Source of the DNA: a bacterium
GTDB lineage: Bacteria > Lernaellota > Lernaellaia > JACKCT01
NCBI GenBank assembly: GCA_019912885.1
Contig: JAIOHV010000207.1
Coordinates: 1-21,402, forward strand
Length of the DNA: 21,402 nucleotides
Direction of reading: 5' to 3'
Part shown: one piece after another, positions 16,671 to 21,402 of the stretch
How positions within the stretch are numbered: the stretch's first letter is position 1
Layout: every line of letters starts with the position of its first letter
The notes under the pieces: model-generated
Told to the model about the DNA's origin: nothing
The model's input: only the letters and a program-made list of their open reading frames with translations
Databases searched by the model: none
Program-made: the position numbers and the translations under genes

Positions 16671-17444
16671 CTACTTGCGTCCCTCGGCCTCGGAGCCGTA
16701 TCCGGTGACGACGTAGGTGCCGCTGCGGGCGTCCTTGGTGATGTTGATGAGGTGGCTTGCCGCCGCGTCCTCGAGAAGCTCCGTGAACGAGCGGTAGCCG
16801 TGATAACCTTCGCTGAACTCGGGTTTTTTTCGCTTCATGGTCTGTTTGACCATGCTGCCCCACAGGATGTCCTTGTCCTCGCGCAAAAGGGCTTCGATCG
16901 CCTCGAGCAGAAGCTCGAACGCCTCGTGTTTTTTCTTGGGCACGCTCGCCTTGATCATGGGCGGCGCCATTTTCTCGCGTACCAGGTCCTCGTAGAAGAT
17001 GAATTCGTCGCAGTTGGACACGAGCAGCGTCGAGGTCGAATCCTTCATGCCAAGGCCGATGACGCCCTTGCCGTTTTCGCGCAGCTTCGAGACGAGCGGC
17101 GACAGGTCCGAATCGCCCGAGACGAGCGCGAAGGTGTCGATGTGCTCCTTGGAGTAGCTGAGGTCGAGCGCGTCGACGACCATGCGGATGTCCGCGGAGT
17201 TCTTGCCCGTCATACCGCGACGCGGCACCTCGATCAGCTCGATCGCGTGCTCGTGCAACTCCTTCTTGTAATCGCCGAAGCGATACCAGTCGGCGTACGC
17301 CTTCTTGACGATGATCTTGCCCTTTTCCAGGAATCGGTCGAGCACGAGCTTGATCTGGAAGCGCCCCGATTTGTCCTTGAAACCGAGCGCCAGGTTTTCG
17401 AAATCGATGAAAACCGCGATGTCGCGATCGTTGGAATTTTCCAT
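16671..17444 (-). CDS. NYN-domain (LabA/PIN-like) protein with a C-terminal OST-HTH/LOTUS domain.
   Basis: 257 aa. NYN N-terminus MENSNDRDIAVFIDFENL...ADIRMVVDAL...ALVSGDSDLSPL. C-terminal LOTUS-like EAFELLLEAIEALLRE...WGSMVKQTMKRKKPEFSEGYHGYRSFTELLED. Convergent with kimA. Confidence 0.85.
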   Translation of the reverse strand: MENSNDRDIAVFIDFENLALGFKDKSGRFQIKLVLDRFLEKGKIIVKKAYADWYRFGDYKKELHEHAIELIEVPRRGMTGKNSADIRMVVDALDLSYSKEHIDTFALVSGDSDLSPLVSKLRENGKGVIGLGMKDSTSTLLVSNCDEFIFYEDLVREKMAPPMIKASVPKKKHEAFELLLEAIEALLREDKDILWGSMVKQTMKRKKPEFSEGYHGYRSFTELLEDAAASHLINITKDARSGTYVVTGYGSEAEGRK

Positions 17445-17688
17445 GACGGCTCCGTTATCGCGCCGGCGGGCGCGTTTCGCGCTCCATCATGTCCATCCTG
17501 CCCGGATTGTCCATTGGGGGCGATTTGGAGGCGGGGGGACGCGCCGCGATCCTCGGGGCGAGGACGGATGGCCGAGGCGGCGCGCGGCGGACCCACGCTC
17601 GATCCTTGATCCTCGTCTTTGCTCTTTCCTCTTTTCTCACGATATATTGCCGCGATTTTCCGACAGCATTCGTCACGGGAGGCATGCG

Positions 17689-18282
17689 TTGAGACGCCGG
17701 TTCGCGGGAATCCTTGTCGCCATCGTTCTTGTCGCCTGCGCCTGCGGTCCGCGGGCGACGCAGCTCGAGGTGCGTCCGGAGGCGGTGACGTTGAAGTCCC
17801 ACGGCGCGACGCACCAGATCCACGCGCGCGTGCTCGACAGCGAGGGAAACGAGGTCGCGCGCGCGCATCCGATCCTGTGGACATCGAGCGACGCGAGCGT
17901 CGCCGCCGTCAACGAAAACGGCGTCGTCAAGGCGATCGGTTCGGGCGACGCGGTCGTCACCGCCGCGAGCGGCAACGCGGCCGGCGCGGTCGCGGTGCGC
18001 GTGCGCATCATCAAGACGCTCGAGGTAACCCCCGGCGTCGCGATGATCGACATCGGGCAGACGCGCGATTTCGACATCAAGGCGCTCGACGATCGGGGCA
18101 ATCTCGTGACCGGCGAGCGCGTGAAGTGGTCGACCGGCGATCCGGCCATCGCGACGATCGACGACGAAGGCGTCGTCACCGCGAAAAAAGGCGGCAAGAC
18201 GTCCGTGAAGGCGACGGTGCTGTCGCTGCACGACTCATCGACGCTGGTGGTGAAGGAGCCGGAGGAGGAGAAGAAAAAATGA
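17689..18282 (+). CDS. Lipoprotein with two bacterial Ig-like (Big_2) domains.
   Basis: TTG start 6 nt after GGGAGG. The upstream in-frame extension of track ORF 17305-18282 has no signal peptide and is rejected. Signal peptide and lipobox RRRFAGILVAIVLVACAC. Two repeats of the Big_2 pattern (VTLKSHGATHQIHARVLDSEGNEV...WTSSDASVAAVNENGVVKAIGSGDAVVTA / VTPGVAMIDIGQTRDFDIKALDDRGNLV...WSTGDPAIATIDDEGVVTAKKGGKTSVKA). Confidence 0.7.
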   Translation: MRRRFAGILVAIVLVACACGPRATQLEVRPEAVTLKSHGATHQIHARVLDSEGNEVARAHPILWTSSDASVAAVNENGVVKAIGSGDAVVTAASGNAAGAVAVRVRIIKTLEVTPGVAMIDIGQTRDFDIKALDDRGNLVTGERVKWSTGDPAIATIDDEGVVTAKKGGKTSVKATVLSLHDSSTLVVKEPEEEKKK

Positions 18283-18284
18283 GG

Positions 18285-18312
18285 ATTGAGGATCGAGGAT
18301 TGAGGATTGAGC
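18285..18312 (+). repeat. Tandem heptamer (GGATYGA)x4, immediately after the Big_2 gene stop.
   Basis: ggattgaggatcgaggattgaggattga. Each unit contains GGA. Confidence 0.6.
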
Positions 18313-18367
18313 GGAACGCAACGGCGCGTGTAACCGCCAGCGAACGCGACGTTTATTTGTCCTTCCC

Positions 18368-18394
18368 GTCCATAATGTCCATTTTGTCCATCGG
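18368..18394 (+). repeat. Tandem nonamer (GTCCATNNN)x3 just upstream of the symporter RBS.
   Basis: gtccataat gtccatttt gtccatcgg. The same TGTCCAT core occurs twice at 17484-17512. Confidence 0.55.
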
Positions 18395-18421
18395 TTCGAA
18401 ACTTCGACAAGGAGCACGGGT

Positions 18422-19783
18422 TTGCAGGGGCTAACCGATCTTCTTGGCACGATCAGCGGCTACGTCTGGGGCACGCCGCTTCTCGTCCTGCTTGTCGGCA
18501 CCGGCATCTACCTCACGGTGCGCCTTCGATTCATTCAGTTTCGCCACCTGGGGCTGGGCCTGAAGATCGCGTTCGGGATCGACCGCGAGCAAAATGCGCC
18601 CGGCGACATCTCACATTTCTCCGCGCTGATGACCGCGCTTGCCGCGACGATCGGCACCGGCAACATCGCGGGCGTCGCGACGGCGATCGCCGCCGGCGGC
18701 CCGGGTGCGCTTTTCTGGATGTGGGTGACGGCCCTTGTCGGCATGGCGACCAAATACGCCGAGGGCATCCTGGCGGTGAAATACCGCGTCGTCGACGAAA
18801 ACGGCGAGATGGCCGGCGGACCGATGTTCTACCTGGACCGCGGCCTGGGACTGAAGTGGCTCGGCACGCTGTTCGCGATCTTCGGCGCGATCGCCGCGTT
18901 CGGCATCGGCAACCTGGTGCAGGCGCATTCCGCGGCGGAGGCGATGCATTCGGCGTTTGGCGCACCGACGCTGGCGACAGGTCTTGTGCTCGGAGGGCTG
19001 ACCGCGGCGATCATCCTCGGCGGCATCAAGTCGATCGGCCGCGCGTGCGGTTCGATCGTGCCGTTCATGGCGTTTTTCTACATGCTCGGCGCGGCGATCA
19101 TCCTTGTCCTGAACGCGGCGAAAATCCCCGGCGCGCTCGTGTTGATCTTCGAAAGCGCCTTCACGGGGCACGCGGCGATGGGCGGCTTTCTCGGGGCGGT
19201 CGTGAAGGACGCGATTCAAAAGGGCGTCTCGCGCGGCGTATTCTCCAATGAGTCGGGCCTCGGTTCCGCGCCGATCGCGGCTGCCGCCGCCAGGACGAAC
19301 GTGCCCGCGCGCCAGGCGCTCGTCTCCATGACCGGCACGTTCATCGACACGATCGTCATCTGCACGATGACCGGCCTTGTCATCGTCTCGACCGGTGCGT
19401 GGACCTACCTTGCCGGTGACAAGGGTCTGTCCGGCGTTCCGCTGACGGCGCACGCATTCCAGTCCGGCATGCCCGGCGAATGGGCGAACAAGTTCGTCGC
19501 CATCGCGGTCCTTCTGTTCACGTATTCGACGATCATCGGCTGGAACTACTACGGCGAAAAGTGCGTCGAATATCTGGTCGGCGTGAAGGCGATTTTTCCC
19601 TACCGCCTGATCTGGATCGTGGCGGTCGTGCTCGGCTCTCAGGCCAGGCTCGACCTCGTCTGGAACTTCGCCGACATCATGAACGGCCTCATGGCCGTGC
19701 CGAATCTCATCGCGCTCATCGGCCTTGCCGGCGTCGCGGCGAAGGAGACGCGGGAGTTCGAGGCTTCCTTGAAGGTCAGGTGA
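18422..19783 (+). CDS. Sodium:alanine symporter family (AGCS) amino-acid carrier.
   Basis: TTG start 7 nt after AAGGAG. The N-terminus MQGLTDLLGTISGYVWGTPLLVLLVGTGIYLT is typical of AGCS. FSALMTALAATIGTGNIAGVATAI and GGPGALFWMW are family signatures. 453 aa, polytopic. Confidence 0.88.
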   Translation: MQGLTDLLGTISGYVWGTPLLVLLVGTGIYLTVRLRFIQFRHLGLGLKIAFGIDREQNAPGDISHFSALMTALAATIGTGNIAGVATAIAAGGPGALFWMWVTALVGMATKYAEGILAVKYRVVDENGEMAGGPMFYLDRGLGLKWLGTLFAIFGAIAAFGIGNLVQAHSAAEAMHSAFGAPTLATGLVLGGLTAAIILGGIKSIGRACGSIVPFMAFFYMLGAAIILVLNAAKIPGALVLIFESAFTGHAAMGGFLGAVVKDAIQKGVSRGVFSNESGLGSAPIAAAAARTNVPARQALVSMTGTFIDTIVICTMTGLVIVSTGAWTYLAGDKGLSGVPLTAHAFQSGMPGEWANKFVAIAVLLFTYSTIIGWNYYGEKCVEYLVGVKAIFPYRLIWIVAVVLGSQARLDLVWNFADIMNGLMAVPNLIALIGLAGVAAKETREFEASLKVR

Positions 19784-19820
19784 TCGAGAAGAAATATTGT
19801 TGGGAAGCCCCGTCGCGTGC

Positions 19821-19849
19821 TTGACCGAAAAAATGCCACCGTGTAACTA
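19821..19849 (+). promoter_or_regulatory. Candidate sigma70 promoter, TTGACC-N17-TAACTA, upstream of the FGE-fold lipoprotein gene.
   Basis: Read directly. The predicted TSS is about 19857. The TGCGAA...GAACCGGTGTTTT motif follows at 19854-19875. Confidence 0.25.
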
Positions 19850-20036
19850 TTTGTGCGAAACTGAACCGGTGTTTTCTTCTAGACAAGGACTCTGACGATG
19901 CTTGCCGTGTCCTGTTCGGGTCTTTCGTCCGTCATGACCGGTCCGCATCCGCCGTGGACGCTCCCTCCAGAAGGTCGCCGGCGCCCGCCCGGCCGACGAA
20001 GAGAAACAACAAACAATTTTTCCTAAGGGGCTGTGT

Positions 20037-21182
20037 ATGATGGCTCGTTCCGTGGTTCGCGGATTGTTCGTCATGCTGGTCGCGATGAGCTTGTTCTTCT
20101 GCGTTTCGTGCGGATGTGGCGACGACGATGATGACGACGACGACGACGTGTCGGACGACGACGCGGCTGATGATGACGCCGCCGACGACGACGCGGATGA
20201 TGACGACGCCACCGACGACGACGCGGCGGATGATGACGCTACCGACGACGACGCGGACGACGATGATGACGCAGCCGATGACGATAGCGATGACGACACC
20301 GGAGACGACGACACGACGACCGAAGGTTTCGCGTTTATCGCGCACGGCACTTTCACCATGGGGAGCCCTCCGGGTGAACTTGGACATTCTACCGACGAGG
20401 TCCAACACGAGGTCACTCTGACGAACGATTTCGAAATGAGCGTCTACGAGACGACGCAGTCAGACTTTGCGGCAGAGATGGGTTGGAACCCGAGCTTCTT
20501 CGGTCCAAACGGGTTGGGTGCCGAATGCGGCGACGACTGTCCGGTGGAATTCGTCAGTTGGTACGACGCCCTTGCCTATGCGAACGAATTCTCGGTTGCC
20601 CGGGGTTTGACGCCTTGCTATATTTTCGCGCAGGTCAAGTGCGTCGACGATACGGATACCGGGTCGGATTACATGGCGTGCATGAACGCGACGCAAAAGG
20701 GCATCAAATTCGCGAACTGGGGCTTAAACGGCGAGTCATCGGTTTACGATTGCGACGGGTTCCGCTTGCCCACGGAAGCGGAGTGGGAATACGCCACGCG
20801 CGCGGGTACGACGACCGCCATCTATAACGGGGAAATCACGCAAATCGACTGTTCGCCGATCGATCCCAATCTCAACCAGATCGCGTGGTACTGCGGGAAC
20901 AGCAGCGGCTCGACGTTGGACGTGGGACAGAAGCTTCCTAACGACTGGGGTCTCTACGATACGATCGGCAACGTGTTTGAATGGACGGGGGATTGGTATG
21001 ACTCCTACGCCGGCGACGTTACGGACCCGTCAGGTCCGGTCGTGGGCACCGACCGCGTTGTGCGCGGCGGTGCGTTCGCGAGTTATTCCAATTTGTCGCG
21101 TTCGGCATTTCGCCCAGTAGGCAAGCCCGAACTTCGAGTCTATTACATTGGTGTCCGGCTCGTCCGCTCGCTTGACGGGTAG
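20037..21182 (+). CDS. FGE-sulfatase-fold (SUMF1/DUF323) lipoprotein with a long poly-Asp linker. Probably non-catalytic.
   Basis: Signal peptide MMARSVVRGLFVMLVAMSLFFCVSCGCG. About 80 aa of DDDxx repeats. FGE-fold motifs RLPTEAEWEYA, GNVFEWTGDWY, RVVRGGAF. There is no Cys after RGG, where true FGEs carry the catalytic Cys pair. The domain part has more A/T-ending codons than gyrA. Confidence 0.85.
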   Translation: MMARSVVRGLFVMLVAMSLFFCVSCGCGDDDDDDDDDVSDDDAADDDAADDDADDDDATDDDAADDDATDDDADDDDDAADDDSDDDTGDDDTTTEGFAFIAHGTFTMGSPPGELGHSTDEVQHEVTLTNDFEMSVYETTQSDFAAEMGWNPSFFGPNGLGAECGDDCPVEFVSWYDALAYANEFSVARGLTPCYIFAQVKCVDDTDTGSDYMACMNATQKGIKFANWGLNGESSVYDCDGFRLPTEAEWEYATRAGTTTAIYNGEITQIDCSPIDPNLNQIAWYCGNSSGSTLDVGQKLPNDWGLYDTIGNVFEWTGDWYDSYAGDVTDPSGPVVGTDRVVRGGAFASYSNLSRSAFRPVGKPELRVYYIGVRLVRSLDG

Positions 21183-21250
21183 CGGGTTTTAACCAGGTGT
21201 CGCGCCAGGGCGGCTTGCGATTCCCGGTCGCGGATGGGGATGGCTCGCTG

Positions 21251-21402
21251 CTACCTTGAAGCCACCATCCGATCGAACAAAAAGCTCGGCAAAAATCGCC
21301 CGATCTTCGTCAGCGCCGCGAGCGGGAAGGGGAAGTCGACGATCGCCTTTTTCGCGCGGATGCCTTTCCAGATTTCGTCCGCGCATTTTTCCGCGGAGAT
21401 CA
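21251..21402 (-). CDS. Partial CDS: the C-terminus of a probable short-chain dehydrogenase/reductase (SDR).
   Basis: Reverse-complement frame reads ...ISAEKCADEIWKGIRAKKAIVDFPFPLAALTKIGRFLPSFLFDRMVASR*. It is not in the ORF track because there is no Met. The pattern is a typical SDR C-terminal tail. The stop is the complement of cta at 21251-21253. It is convergent with the FGE gene. Confidence 0.45.
   Translation of the reverse strand, partial: ISAEKCADEIWKGIRAKKAIVDFPFPLAALTKIGRFLPSFLFDRMVASR

Noticed and set aside
17305-17688. N-terminal 128-codon extension of the Big_2 lipoprotein ORF. Also the overlapping 271-aa ORF at 17619-18434.
   Set aside because: The extension has no signal peptide or domain content and overlaps the divergent promoter region. 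A TTG start at 17689 preceded by GGGAGG gives a canonical lipoprotein. The 17619 ORF is an Arg-rich alternate frame.
1-21402. CRISPR arrays, integrases, transposases or toxin-antitoxin pairs.
   Set aside because: None seen. The tandem repeats are too short (7-9 nt) and too few per locus to be CRISPR. No recombinase-like ORFs are present.

Overview
High-GC chromosomal segment from a diderm bacterium; LptD is present, so it has an outer membrane. Everything below comes from reading the six-frame track and the raw sequence, with no searches run.

Gene content is mostly housekeeping:
- Core functions: DNA gyrase A (gyrA), MTA phosphorylase (mtnP), folylpolyglutamate synthase (folC), LPS-assembly protein LptD (lptD).
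- An nfeD-flotillin operon.
- A KimA-type K+ transporter (kimA) and a sodium:alanine symporter.
- Several exported lipoproteins: an alpha/beta hydrolase, a vWA protein, a Big_2 protein, an FGE-fold protein, and an anonymous 152-aa protein.
- An O-methyltransferase, a NYN/LOTUS protein, and two partial genes at the window edges.

I see no CRISPR array, tRNA, rRNA, transposase or integrase. The long antisense ORFs opposite gyrA, the flotillin gene and lptD are high-GC artefacts.

The most interesting signals are non-coding:
1. Nearly every intergenic spacer carries its own short tandem repeat (7-9 nt, 3-5 copies), often forming hairpins. The mismatches in these hairpins are G·U-compatible on the + strand only, which points to structured RNA.
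2. A roughly 540-bp ORF-free, lower-GC leader sits ahead of the KimA homologue. It contains a sigma70-like promoter and sequence blocks resembling the ydaO-type c-di-AMP riboswitch, which controls kimA in Bacillus subtilis.
3. A 16-nt motif (TGCGAA...CCGGTGTTTT) is shared by the kimA and FGE-gene upstream regions.
4. A CGCGDDDDD / DDDAADDDATD acidic module recurs in three unrelated lipoproteins.
5. The FGE-fold lipoprotein lacks the catalytic cysteine pair.

I did not recognise a complete novel multi-gene system. The repeat-laden intergenic architecture and the leader/motif pair are the items most worth follow-up.
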